Position numbers and translations under genes: made by a program. Below the pieces are notes generated by a model that saw only the letters and a program-made list of their open reading frames with translations, was not told the DNA's origin and did not search any database. A DNA stretch of 64,000 nucleotides from contig CAWCLO010000001.1 of assembly GCA_963796455.1 (NCBI GenBank), forward strand, positions 864,001-928,000, read 5' to 3'. The stretch's first letter is position 1. Each line of letters opens with the position of its first letter. The DNA comes from Candidatus Sulfomarinibacteraceae bacterium (GTDB lineage Bacteria; Acidobacteriota; Thermoanaerobaculia; Thermoanaerobaculales; Sulfomarinibacteraceae). Shown one piece after another: positions 54,875-64,000 of the stretch.

Positions 54875-55870
54875 TCAACGACTCGCACCCACCGCCACTT
54901 TTCGTACCAACAACCAAAGAAAGAACGGAGCACCCAGGAACGCGGTGATCACACCGACCGGAAGCTCGGCCGGCGCCAACACCACCCGGGCCGCCGTATC
55001 GCAGAGCACCAGAAAGGAACCGCCAAAGAGGAGAGTGGCCGGCAGCAGTAAGCGGTGACTCGAACCGATCAGCAGACGGCAGATGTGGGGCGCCATCATG
55101 CCGATAAAACCGACCGGACCACAGGCCGCCACCACACCACCGACCATGACCGAGGTTGCGAGAAACAGAACCGTTCGGGTCCTCGCCACGTCCACCCCGC
55201 GGCTGGCCGCAATTTCCGGGCCGGTGGCCAGCAGGTCGAGGGATCGCGCGTGCCATCCAACCACCACTGCACCAACCGCCACAACCGGTGCAACGTGGAA
55301 CAGCGTCGAATAATCGACCGCACCGAGACCGCCCATCAGCCAACGAATGATGCGAAAGCTGTCGCCCAGCGACGCCGTGTACTGAATGAAGAGAATCAGG
55401 CTCGAGAAAAAGAAGTTCATCGCGACGCCCGCCAACAACAGAACGGTCGTGGAGAGACCGGGGCGGAGTTGGGTCAGTGCCCACACAACGCCGATTGCCA
55501 TCAGGGCTCCTGCAAAGGCCCCCATCGTGGTGGCCGACAAACCACCGATGACGGCGGTCCAACCGAGGCGGCTGACCAGCGCCACGCCAAAGGAGGCGCC
55601 TCCGGCCACACCGAGGGTATAGGGGGTGGCCAGAGGATTTCGAAAAATCGCCTGAAAGACCGCACCACCGAGGGCGAGGCCGGCGCCACCGAGAAAAGCC
55701 GCCAGCACCCGCGGCACCCTGATCTGCCAGAAGATGATGGCTGATGGATCGGTCCCGCGCGGATCGCCGATCACCGACAAGGGAAGCTGATGGATTCCCA
55801 CCAGGGGCATCAGAACAAGCACGAAAAGGGCGAACATACCCAGCAAGCACAAAACCAAACGCGGTCTCAT
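54875..55870 (-). CDS. Cobalamin/Fe-siderophore ABC permease (BtuC/FecCD)
   Basis: IRVPR, FRNPLATPYTLGV, GPVGFIGMMAPH, ELPVGVITAFLGAPFF. Confidence 0.93.
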   Translation of the reverse strand: MRPRLVLCLLGMFALFVLVLMPLVGIHQLPLSVIGDPRGTDPSAIIFWQIRVPRVLAAFLGGAGLALGGAVFQAIFRNPLATPYTLGVAGGASFGVALVSRLGWTAVIGGLSATTMGAFAGALMAIGVVWALTQLRPGLSTTVLLLAGVAMNFFFSSLILFIQYTASLGDSFRIIRWLMGGLGAVDYSTLFHVAPVVAVGAVVVGWHARSLDLLATGPEIAASRGVDVARTRTVLFLATSVMVGGVVAACGPVGFIGMMAPHICRLLIGSSHRLLLPATLLFGGSFLVLCDTAARVVLAPAELPVGVITAFLGAPFFLWLLVRKVAVGASR

Positions 55871-56667
55871 GAACCGTTCCTTGCCGGAAATACCAGCGGC
55901 AGCCCCCGGGCGCCGCCCGCCACGAGTGTGAAATCCGCACCGTAGATCTCGGTCAGGGTCCGCTCGTCGAGCAACTCCGCCGGCGATCCCGAGAAGACGA
56001 CCCGCCCCCCCTTGAGCGCCAGCACTGCGTCCGACACGGCAACGGTGCTGTTGAGATCATGGGTGACCGCAACGACCGTCAGATCTCTTTCGTGGTGGAG
56101 ACGGTCGATGAGGTCGAGGATCTGGACCTGGTGGTGGTAGTCGAGAAAACTGGTGGGTTCATCGAGAAGGAGGATCGACGCTCCCTGTGCGAGCGCCGCG
56201 GCAATAGAAGCGCGCTGCCGCTCACCACCCGAGAGGGTCGACAGGGGGCGGTCGGCAAGCTGGTCGACGCTGGTCAGCTCCATTGCCTCCACCACCACTT
56301 CGCGATCATCGACCGTCATCGCCGCCCACGCGCTGAGGTATGGAAAGCGGCCCATCTCGACAAAGGCCCGTACGGAAAAGTCGAGCACACCGGCATCCGG
56401 TTGCGGGACAAAGCTCACCGTGCGGGCGAGCTCGCGACGGTTGTAGCTCGAGATCTCTCGTCCATCGATCTGCACCCCTCCGCTCGAAGCCGCGACAATT
56501 CCGTCCAGACACCGGAGGAGCGTGCTCTTGCCGGCGCCGTTGGGGCCGATCACCGTCAAGAACTCACCCGGCTCGACGGCACACGAGACGCCACCGAGGA
56601 TCACGGCATCGCCGAGGCGTACGCTCAGTTCGTCGACAAGGATCCGCGCGCTCACCGGGGCCCCCAA
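55867..56667 (-). CDS. ABC ATP-binding subunit (BtuD-like)
   Basis: GPNGAGKST, LSGGERQR, LLLDEPT, THDLN. Confidence 0.95.
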   Translation of the reverse strand: MGAPVSARILVDELSVRLGDAVILGGVSCAVEPGEFLTVIGPNGAGKSTLLRCLDGIVAASSGGVQIDGREISSYNRRELARTVSFVPQPDAGVLDFSVRAFVEMGRFPYLSAWAAMTVDDREVVVEAMELTSVDQLADRPLSTLSGGERQRASIAAALAQGASILLLDEPTSFLDYHHQVQILDLIDRLHHERDLTVVAVTHDLNSTVAVSDAVLALKGGRVVFSGSPAELLDERTLTEIYGADFTLVAGGARGLPLVFPARNGS

Positions 56668-57563
56668 TCAAGTTCGGGATGGAGAGCCCGGGCCACCGTC
56701 TCCACGATCAGGGGCAAGCGGGGCCCCGGAACAACCATCACGTCATCGGCGAGCACCGTGACCCGGCCCGCGCGAACCGCCCGCAGCTCGGTCATCGAGT
56801 TCCAGCCCAACCGCACGAGAGCGAGATCAATATTCCGGCTTTCAACGGCGGCTATGACATCCAGGACCACATCCGGATCGAGGGCTGTCATTCCTTCGCG
56901 AGAAAGTTCAGGATACAAAGCCAACCCGGTTTCCACGGCGTTCGAGCCACCGGCCAATTCCAGCACGTCGTCATAGAAGGTATCGGGCCCCGCGGCCCAG
57001 ACGCTCGGCACGGTCGAAGCGCCGATCTCGTGCCCGACCACGACCAGGGTACGCGGCCGGGGTCGGTCGGCGACCATCCGCGTCACCTCGGCCATTCGCT
57101 CTTCGATGCTGCGGTGCAGCACCTCGCCCCGATCCGCAACGCCACACGCGCGGCCGAGCACCGTCATCGATTGCAACACATCGCCGACATCGCTCTGATC
57201 GACCTGTAATACCTCGAGACCCAATGATTGCAGTCGCTTGCGGGCATCCGCGCTCGATGGAATCAGAACCACGAGATCGGGTTGCAGCGCGACGATCGCC
57301 TCGTAGTTGGGATCGAGGTGGCCACCGACCTGCGGCAGCCCTTTGACCTCAGGCGGGTGGGCGCAGTAACGCGTCACACCGACGACCCGGTCACCGACAC
57401 CGAGAGCGAAGAGGGTCTCGGTCAGGCTGGGTGCGAGCGAGACGATTCGTTGCGGAGCGGTGTCGGGGCCAACCGATGCAGGGTGATCGACGAGAGGCGC
57501 AGCACAGCCACCCAGCACCACGAGCGCCGCCGACAAAACCCGACAAGATCTCCCGTTCGCCAT
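56652..57563 (-). CDS. Helical-backbone cobalamin-binding lipoprotein (BtuF-like)
   Basis: Lipobox LGGC; RIVSLAPSLTETLFALG, VGVTRYC..P, PGPR; downstream of a B12 riboswitch. Confidence 0.9.
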   Translation of the reverse strand: MANGRSCRVLSAALVVLGGCAAPLVDHPASVGPDTAPQRIVSLAPSLTETLFALGVGDRVVGVTRYCAHPPEVKGLPQVGGHLDPNYEAIVALQPDLVVLIPSSADARKRLQSLGLEVLQVDQSDVGDVLQSMTVLGRACGVADRGEVLHRSIEERMAEVTRMVADRPRPRTLVVVGHEIGASTVPSVWAAGPDTFYDDVLELAGGSNAVETGLALYPELSREGMTALDPDVVLDVIAAVESRNIDLALVRLGWNSMTELRAVRAGRVTVLADDVMVVPGPRLPLIVETVARALHPELDWGPR

Positions 57564-57575
57564 CGACCTCCCGAC

Positions 57576-57606
57576 AAAAAATCCCGGGCCTTCGATGGCC
57601 CGGGAT
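57576..57606 (-). terminator. Attenuator terminator of the riboswitch
   Basis: Minus strand ATCCCGGGCC-ATCGAA-GGCCCGGGAT-TTTTT, just before the SD GGGAGG of the btuF-like gene. Confidence 0.85.
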
Positions 57607-57669
57607 GCCGTTTTTCATCCACGGTTCACGTCGCCGACCCCACACCACGAGGATCGTCCGTCTCCCACT

Positions 57670-57846
57670 CGGGGTCGGGTCTTCTGACTCCCGGATCACT
57701 CTACTGACCGGACCTTCCCATGATCAATCGACCACAGTGGATCCCCCGGCCTTCGTCCCCGGTCACAGCGGCGGGTCCGTGACGGATTTGCACCGTCTTC
57801 TCCGCTCCCCAAGCGTCTCCGAGTGTAGCGCCATCGGAGGCAAACT
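57670..57846 (-). ncRNA. Cobalamin riboswitch
   Basis: Minus strand CGGTGCAAATCCG..CGGACCCGCCGCTGTGA..CCACTG..GGGAAGG..GAGTCAGAAGACC (B12 box) upstream of Btu-like ABC genes. Confidence 0.93.
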
Positions 57847-57886
57847 CAAAGATGGTGTTCGAGACGGCCTTTTTTCGGTCATGAAA

Positions 57887-58046
57887 AACCACGGAGCCAC
57901 AGAGGCACAGAGGATGGCACTGAGTGTTTCATGGTTGGCGATGGAAAAGCAGTCGAAAATCCGAATATTGGCTGCCTCACGGCGTGGGAGCGCTGACTCT
58001 CAGAAAATCTCTGTGAGCTTCTCTGTGTCTCCGTGCCTCTGTGGTT
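57887..58046. repeat. Inverted 9-mer repeat shell
   Basis: AACCACGGAGCCACAGAGGCACAGAG ... CTCTGTGTCTCCGTGCCTCTGTGGTT around ~105 bp. Confidence 0.75.
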
Positions 58047-58107
58047 GTCCGATGCCGGCGTTCGGTAATCGGTCCGCAGGAAAGCACTCTTCTGACCCGG
58101 AATCGAC

Positions 58108-58139
58108 AAAAAAAGGCGCCCCGGAGACCGGGGCGCCTT
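58108..58139 (-). terminator. Intrinsic terminator
   Basis: Minus strand AAGGCGCCCCGG-TCT-CCGGGGCGCC followed by T7. Confidence 0.9.
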
Positions 58140-58163
58140 GTGAAAAGAGGTCGAGGGGCCTGG

Positions 58164-60470
58164 CTATGGACAGGTGGCGAAGGCCTCCACATCGGTGACG
58201 GCATCCGCCGATTGGCCCTGCGGGTTGGTATAGACCTGGACCGAACCGTTCTCCGTGTCGGTCACGGTGACCTTGAACTCCACATTGGTGGTGGCTGCAA
58301 AGAACACCCAGTAATGGTTGTTCAGCGGACAGCCGTTGAGCACCTTGAGCAGAAACTCCAGGTTGTTCGGGTTGTTGTAGTAGAAGATCCCCGAATCCGC
58401 GGTGCGGAGGTCAGAAACAAAGGCCGAACGGAAGGTCTGGTCGTTTGCCGGGTGCCAGTCGACCTGGACTTCGAATCGATTGCCGTCGCGGAGGCAGATC
58501 GTGGTGTCGCTGTTGGTGCAGGTGGAAGGAGTACCGCCACCACCACCGCCACCGCCGCCGCCTCCACCACCACCGCCGCCTCCACCGCCCGTCTGGAGGG
58601 TGGCGCGGAGCATGAAGTTCCCTTCGTTGACCGGCAGGAGCCCGGCAACGCCGGTTTCGGAGAGCAGGCTGTTGCCGGAGTTCGCGGCGCCGTCAAATTC
58701 CATGTTGAAATCTTCACCGGTCCACTGGGAATAGCCACGATTGACCAGCCAGAAATCTCCGTTGAGGGTCACGGGAGCTGCAAGCGTCACCTCGTACCAG
58801 CCCTGGCCGTCACCGGTGTAGATGGTTCCCTGGCCGAGCACATTGTTCTCGTCCGGCGCACCGCCGCTGTCGGCATAGACCATGACCTCATTCGGCCATG
58901 GCCCGCCGGCAAAACTGATCTGATTTCCGGCACAGAAGCGTGTGATCTGGGTGTTGCCGGGTTGGAATCCGAAATCAGCCAATTCGAACTTGACCGCAAA
59001 CATGAGGTCGGGATCTCCGGCACCGCCACCACCGAACCAGGAGGCATTGATCGCCTCACCATCGTCGTAGAAGGCGTTGCCGCAACTTGCGACATTACCG
59101 CCGGTCGAACCGCCGGCGTTGGCGCCGTTCACGAACTGGGTGCCGGTGTTGGAGGGATCGAGCCAGTCCTTGAGGCGCCCGGCAGAGTTTGTTCCATCCC
59201 ACCCGACCGCCATGCGTCCGTAGCAGTCGTAACCGGCCGTGTTGTCGCACGCTGCCAAACCGCCCGACAGGTAGCCAACCACCCGGCGCGTATCCGGGTC
59301 CCAAAGACCGGAGCCCGACGAACCTTGTTCAGTCGTTCCCTGTTCCCAGTTGTCGACATTCCAGTGGGTACCCGCCGGTCCCCCAGTGACAATGCACGAT
59401 GAGCGGATGGTCAGCGCATCGTCGTTCAGACTGATGGCCTTCTCGTCGCCCCGCGGATGATGGATGCCCACGCTGCTCGTTGGAACAGTCGACATGCGCG
59501 CATCCCAGCCCGCGTAATACACGCCGAACGCGGCGTCAGGTTCGTCGTCGAGTTCGAAGAGGAGCATGTCGTTGTCTTCCTCCGAGGCACGGAATGTCGC
59601 TCCGGTTTGGTTGTCTGCCAATGAACCGCCACCCAGGTCTCCACAGGTTGCAGATTCGTAGTTCCAGTAAGCCACGATCGTCTGGTCGTTGCCGCTGTCG
59701 ACATCGCAGTGGTTAGCGGACAACATGAAGGGCGTGAAGCTACCGGGGACATCCATGATCAGGGTTGCAGTGCAGAGAAAGCTCCCGCTGATCGAGTATC
59801 TGGCCACACTACGAATCTCGTCGCGCCAGTCATCGCCTAGCGGGCAGACCACGTCGATATTGCAGCTCCCCTGTTTCTCGTCCTTCTTTGCAAAGAGGTC
59901 CCGGTAGCCGCGTCCGACGCGTCGGAGCTCGAGTTCCGGCTCGAAGGCCGCGTCCGCGGGAACGTAGAGTTCGATCACCGCCTTCTCGCCGGGGACCACC
60001 GGTGTCCAAAGCTCTCGGTGTTTCTTGTTGTCGGTCGACGTATAGGGCCCTTGGAAAAAATCTCCATCCTCACTGAGGATGTGCAGGGTCGCTCCCTTGG
60101 GCAAACGAAAGCGACGGAAACCGAAGTTGAGATCAGTGGCGCCCTCGGCTTCAACGCGCAGCCGCCACAGCCTGCCGCCGTCTTCGAGATTCTCCCACGT
60201 CCCGTCGTTGGACGGCGTGATCGCGAGGTCCCACGGTGCAGCAAAACGGAGCGGTCCCGGGCCCTGAGCCGCCATCAGGTCGTCCTCGGCCTTGAGCACC
60301 TCGGGGACAATGGCCTCGACCTGGAAGACCGGCAGATCGACGGTCGCCGTCGCCTGCCCACGCCTCGACCTCGGTTGAGAGCCCTGACGGGCGTCCGCGG
60401 TCGCGGTCACGACGAGCAGCAGAGCAACAACAAGGATAAATAAAACACTCAATCGCCGCGTGAAACGCAT
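58164..60470 (-). CDS. Secreted lysyl-endopeptidase-like (S1D) protease with Gly19 linker and C-terminal beta domain
   Basis: SD GGAGG and signal peptide; propeptide WRLRVEAEGA, CNIDVVCP, LSANHC, GIHHPRGDEK, TTEQGSSGSGL, YGR. Confidence 0.9.
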   Translation of the reverse strand: MRFTRRLSVLFILVVALLLVVTATADARQGSQPRSRRGQATATVDLPVFQVEAIVPEVLKAEDDLMAAQGPGPLRFAAPWDLAITPSNDGTWENLEDGGRLWRLRVEAEGATDLNFGFRRFRLPKGATLHILSEDGDFFQGPYTSTDNKKHRELWTPVVPGEKAVIELYVPADAAFEPELELRRVGRGYRDLFAKKDEKQGSCNIDVVCPLGDDWRDEIRSVARYSISGSFLCTATLIMDVPGSFTPFMLSANHCDVDSGNDQTIVAYWNYESATCGDLGGGSLADNQTGATFRASEEDNDMLLFELDDEPDAAFGVYYAGWDARMSTVPTSSVGIHHPRGDEKAISLNDDALTIRSSCIVTGGPAGTHWNVDNWEQGTTEQGSSGSGLWDPDTRRVVGYLSGGLAACDNTAGYDCYGRMAVGWDGTNSAGRLKDWLDPSNTGTQFVNGANAGGSTGGNVASCGNAFYDDGEAINASWFGGGGAGDPDLMFAVKFELADFGFQPGNTQITRFCAGNQISFAGGPWPNEVMVYADSGGAPDENNVLGQGTIYTGDGQGWYEVTLAAPVTLNGDFWLVNRGYSQWTGEDFNMEFDGAANSGNSLLSETGVAGLLPVNEGNFMLRATLQTGGGGGGGGGGGGGGGGGGGTPSTCTNSDTTICLRDGNRFEVQVDWHPANDQTFRSAFVSDLRTADSGIFYYNNPNNLEFLLKVLNGCPLNNHYWVFFAATTNVEFKVTVTDTENGSVQVYTNPQGQSADAVTDVEAFATCP

Positions 60471-60552
60471 ATCAGGTCCTCCAAATGTGTCAGTCGTTCT
60501 GACATCTGGTGTCAATATACAGGCATTCTGGGGATTTGCGAAATGACCCGTG

Positions 60553-61131
60553 TCACCGCACCCAGCGGGTTGGAACCCAGACGATTCGGCTCTCCCACGG
60601 GCCTTCGAGGATCCGCACCCGGGCCTCTCGGTCCTTGTTGGCATATTCGAGAATTCGGATCTTGGTACCGCCCTCGAGCTCGAGAAAACGGTCGTCGTCG
60701 TTCATCAGGGAACTCACGCCGACCTGCAGCGCACCGGTGGTCATATCCAGCAAAGCGCCCACCGCCTCGTGGTCGAGCGCGACCATGACCGGGCGGTCCA
60801 TGCCGGTGTCGAGAGTCGCGTTTTCTCCGACCGCCCGCTGGTCTCGGAACACCGCCCCGCCGGGGCCTTCGCTCGGATCCTGGCCCAGCCACCAGATGAA
60901 ACCGGCCAACGGGATCAGCAGAAAGATCGCGAGAAAGATCCGGTTGATCTTCTTGCCCGGCTCCGGATCCGCCGGCATCGCCGCCACGACTTCCTGCACA
61001 CCATCGACCTCGGGGAGCTCGGCGGTGAACTCCGCCCGGCACGAGGTGCACTTGAGGGTTCGACCGACATAGCGCTCGTGAACCTGCATTGACGATCCGC
61101 ACTGCTCACAGGTGTGGATGAATCCCGCCAT
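60553..61131 (-). CDS. Zinc-ribbon membrane protein, hypothetical
   Basis: CEQC..CTSC pairs, single TM helix, C-terminal domain. Confidence 0.7.
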   Translation of the reverse strand: MAGFIHTCEQCGSSMQVHERYVGRTLKCTSCRAEFTAELPEVDGVQEVVAAMPADPEPGKKINRIFLAIFLLIPLAGFIWWLGQDPSEGPGGAVFRDQRAVGENATLDTGMDRPVMVALDHEAVGALLDMTTGALQVGVSSLMNDDDRFLELEGGTKIRILEYANKDREARVRILEGPWESRIVWVPTRWVR

Positions 61132-61249
61132 GATTTGCCCCTTTGTCCGCCTATATAAGCTTATCAAAGGGACGCAAGTTGAAGAGGGAAAAGGGGCTGA
61201 GGGGCAGAAGATGCTCTTTGCCGGATGCTCGATCCCTTGACCGATACCG

Positions 61250-61415
61250 AAAGGGGGAAGGGGAGAAAGGGGGAAAGGGAGAACCACCCGGCACCGGTTA
61301 CTCCTGCGTGGGAATGTCGCCTCCCGATCCCAAAAGGGGAAGCGGGGACACTTTCACCTACCCACAACGGCGAGGGCTCGATCTCCCTTTCTCCCCTGCT
61401 CCCTTTCACCCTTTC
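61250..61415. repeat. Inverted purine/pyrimidine 8-mer shell related to family B ends
   Basis: GAAAGGGGGAAAGGGAGA ... GATCTCCCTTTCTCCCCTGCTCCCTTTCACCCTTTC; interior GGGAGAACCACCCGGC..CTCCTGC.TGGGAATG.CGCCTCCCGAT also at ~15129-15180. Confidence 0.75.
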
Positions 61416-61446
61416 TGGGGCGTTCCGTAGGGCATCCCGGCGGGCC

Positions 61447-63126
61447 CTATTCCGCCCGGTACCGCACCTTCCCACCGACGATGGTGTAAAGCACCGTGGT
61501 CTCGAGGATCTCCTCCTCGGGCACAACCAGAACATCCTTCGAGAGCACCGTGACATCGGCCAGCTTGCCGATTTCGAGGGAGCCCTTGATGTCCTCTTCG
61601 AAGGCCGCGTAGGCCGCATCGAGAGTGGCGGTCCGAAGGGCTTCCTCGCGGGTCATGCTCTGACCGGGATAGAAGGCGGTTCCGTCCGCCATCAGACGCG
61701 TGACCGCCGCATGGAAGGTCGGCATCGTATCGACCTTTTCCACCGGCGCGTCAGTCCCGCTGGCGATGACCGCCCCCGAATCGAGCAGGGCCCGCCAGAC
61801 GTAGGCGCCCTCTTCAGCCCGCTGCTCACCCAGACGCGGCACGACCCACGGCCCATCCGAAGTGCAGTGGGTCGGTTGCATCGCGGCGATGATGCCGAGC
61901 TCGGAAAAACGGGGGATGTCCTCGGGGTGGAGATGCTGGGCGTGTTCCACCCGCCAGCGCAATTCCCGTCCGTCCGCACGCGAGTCGATGACCTCCTGAT
62001 AAACATCAATGGTCTCGCGGTTGGCGCGGTCGCCGATCGCGTGGGAACACAGCTGGAGGCCATACTCGGACGCCAGCTGCGCAGTCACCCGAAGTTCCTC
62101 CGGCGTGACGATGTTGAGCCCGGTGCTGGACGGCAGATCGGTGTAGGGCTTGAGGAGCCAGGCGCCATGGGAACCGAGGGCACCATCCACCCAGCGCTTG
62201 ATCCCACCAACGGTGATGAAACCACTGCCCTCGCGGCTGACCTCGAATCCGGGCAGATTTTCGGCCAGCGACTCGTTGTCCTCCGAAAGCATGATCCAAA
62301 GCCGTAGCGGAAGTTCGTCGGCCACTGCCATCTGGCGCAAAAACTCGACCTGCTTGAAGCCCGAGCCGGCATCCTGAAAAGAGGTAATTCCCTGCCGGAG
62401 GCACTCTTCGCTGGCGAGCTCAGCCATCCGTCGCACGGTGGCATCGTCCCATTTCCGGTCCATCTGCGCAGCCACCACGTTGTCGGCGGTCTCGCGAAGG
62501 GTTCCGATGGCGCGTCCCGATGGGTCTCGCACGATCTCACCACCCGGAGGATCGGGGGTATTGTCATCGATGCCCGCCATCTCCAGGGCCAGGCCATTGA
62601 CCATCGACGCGTGGCCGCTGGCGTGGGTGAGAAATACCGGGTTTTCCGGCGACACCGCGCTCAGGGCGTCGTGGTAGGGAAGACCCGAAATATTCGGCTC
62701 AGGGACCGAGTCCCACTTTTCCTGATGCCACCCACGCCCCAGGATCCATTGCCCGGGCTCGGCCTCGGCCACCGCGGCCTCGACCATGGCCACTATTTCG
62801 TCGAAGTTCGCAACCGAACGCAAATCGAGCTGCATCTTGGCTCGACCGATACTCAGAAAATGTCCATGACCTTCAATGAGTCCGGGCACCGCAAGCGCAC
62901 CGCCGAGATCGATGACCTCGGTGTCCGGCCCGATCAATCGGCGGACCTCGGCTTCGCTTCCCACCGCGACGATATTCTGGCCGCGGGCGGCGAGCGCCTC
63001 GACTTCGGGATTCGACGTATTCACGGTGACGATCCGACCACCAAGAATGACGAGATCGGCAGGATCCTCGGTCGGGGCACACGAGAAGACGGATACGATT
63101 GCAAACAGAATCATGAGACGTTTCAT
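61447..63126 (-). CDS. YtcJ-like amidohydrolase-3 family lipoprotein
   Basis: Lipobox VFSC; PGLIEGHGH, DGALGSHGA, HAIGDRAN, RVEHAQ, MQPTH, GTDAPVE, GKLAD. Confidence 0.92.
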   Translation of the reverse strand: MKRLMILFAIVSVFSCAPTEDPADLVILGGRIVTVNTSNPEVEALAARGQNIVAVGSEAEVRRLIGPDTEVIDLGGALAVPGLIEGHGHFLSIGRAKMQLDLRSVANFDEIVAMVEAAVAEAEPGQWILGRGWHQEKWDSVPEPNISGLPYHDALSAVSPENPVFLTHASGHASMVNGLALEMAGIDDNTPDPPGGEIVRDPSGRAIGTLRETADNVVAAQMDRKWDDATVRRMAELASEECLRQGITSFQDAGSGFKQVEFLRQMAVADELPLRLWIMLSEDNESLAENLPGFEVSREGSGFITVGGIKRWVDGALGSHGAWLLKPYTDLPSSTGLNIVTPEELRVTAQLASEYGLQLCSHAIGDRANRETIDVYQEVIDSRADGRELRWRVEHAQHLHPEDIPRFSELGIIAAMQPTHCTSDGPWVVPRLGEQRAEEGAYVWRALLDSGAVIASGTDAPVEKVDTMPTFHAAVTRLMADGTAFYPGQSMTREEALRTATLDAAYAAFEEDIKGSLEIGKLADVTVLSKDVLVVPEEEILETTVLYTIVGGKVRYRAE

Positions 63127-63211
63127 GGAAACCTCCGCGAGGTAGATTACACCCTCCCGCGCCGTCGTGGAGAATGAAATGGTGGAAGGGTGCAGAGGGG
63201 TTAGATATTAA

Positions 63212-63641
63212 ATGCTGGATGCTGGATGCTGGGTGCCGGATCACTGCTGTCCAAAACAGAGATAGTCATGAAGTTTCCCACCTGACAACACGCGGTTTAC
63301 GGGTTGGTTTTTGGCAAATCCAGTTCGCGGTTGCCCCGTGCCCGTGTCCGCGTCCGCGTCCGTGCCCGAATTGCAGCGGCTGCGACAACGTCCAGGGGCG
63401 GCGACAGGGATCAGCGATCAGAGGCAGAGATCAGGGTCAGCAATCAGGTGCAGTGACGGCGTGATCACCTCCGGGTCGTTCAGCAGAAGGAACACCCGCT
63501 GTGGTGTCGGCGTCTCGCCTGCCCACCGTGCGGCCGAGACGGCCGCACCACCAAGGCCGGATCCCCGAAGAAATGAGTGCTGTTCACTGTCCCGGCCGCT
63601 GATCGCTGTCCGACACTTCCCACCTGGGCCGAGTGATCCAG
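63212..63641. mobile_element. Family A element copy 4, inverted relative to copy 1, REP-doublet cargo
   Basis: (ATGCTGG)3..GATCAC.GCTGTCCAAAACAGA..CCCACCTGACAACA..GGTTTACGGGTTGGTT matches the reverse complement of 1555-1710; the far end matches 1055-1095; the core matches copy 3. Confidence 0.7.
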
Positions 63642-63701
63642 GCTGTGGGACACAACTCTGAAGGTGGGCCCTTGCTCCCCTTCTCGATCGGCTCCTGTTC
63701 G

Positions 63702-64000
63702 TCAGAGCCTTCCACGGAGGATCAGGCGTAGCGAGCGACCGGGCGCCAGAACCGAATCTTCGTCCGACGACGCGAGATAGGACCGGTCGGCAAGATTGCG
63801 GCCGAGCAGCGACAGTTCCAGCCAGTCTGCAACCGAAAAACCGACCCCGGCGTCGATCACGGCATAGCCGGGAACATCCTGTTCGGTCGGGCCGGGGCGG
63901 TCATCGCGCGCAAACGCGGCCGCCCGCACCATCCACCACCATCTCGAGGTGGGCTGACCCCGGAGCACCGCAAATCCACCGGGGGCAGGTACGCCATCGG
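63702..64000 (-). CDS. C-terminal fragment of a TonB-dependent receptor
   Basis: PGYAVIDAGVGF...LSLLGRNLADRSY...APGRSLRL. Confidence 0.8.
   Translation of the reverse strand, partial: DGVPAPGGFAVLRGQPTSRWWWMVRAAAFARDDRPGPTEQDVPGYAVIDAGVGFSVADWLELSLLGRNLADRSYLASSDEDSVLAPGRSLRLILRGRL

Overview
GC-rich bacterial window. Gene content suggests an Acidobacteriota/Thermoanaerobaculia-like organism; this is an inference. Dense indel patches at ~21.3-27.8 kb and ~36.8-39.6 kb look like long-read errors. Contents: (i) the 3' end of acs, a heterodimeric methylmalonyl-CoA mutase and meaB; (ii) a ~37-kb cluster of peptidoglycan breakdown and recycling genes (17.7-54.8 kb), including an apparent NagZ-AmiE-NamZ triple fusion, MurQ, a sugar kinase, LdcA, a dipeptide epimerase, LysA, Alr, a stand-alone MurE, two Glu-racemase-like proteins (one with a lipoprotein signal), a TonB receptor and several transporters; (iii) a cobalamin riboswitch with attenuator controlling a btuFDC-like ABC transporter; (iv) secreted protease and amidohydrolase genes. 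The most unusual feature is intergenic: a family of 370-880 bp nested-palindromic elements with heptamer-repeat ends. They carry an intact four-helix-bundle (IVP/Avd-like) gene behind a 130-nt hairpin that sequesters its Shine-Dalgarno, a deleted copy of that gene, or a REP-like doublet. Further 7-, 8- and 9-mer inverted-repeat shells and GTAG/CGTC-type REPs also occur. No transposase, integrase, reverse transcriptase, CRISPR array, tRNA or rRNA is visible. All family calls come from motif recognition by eye, not from database searches.
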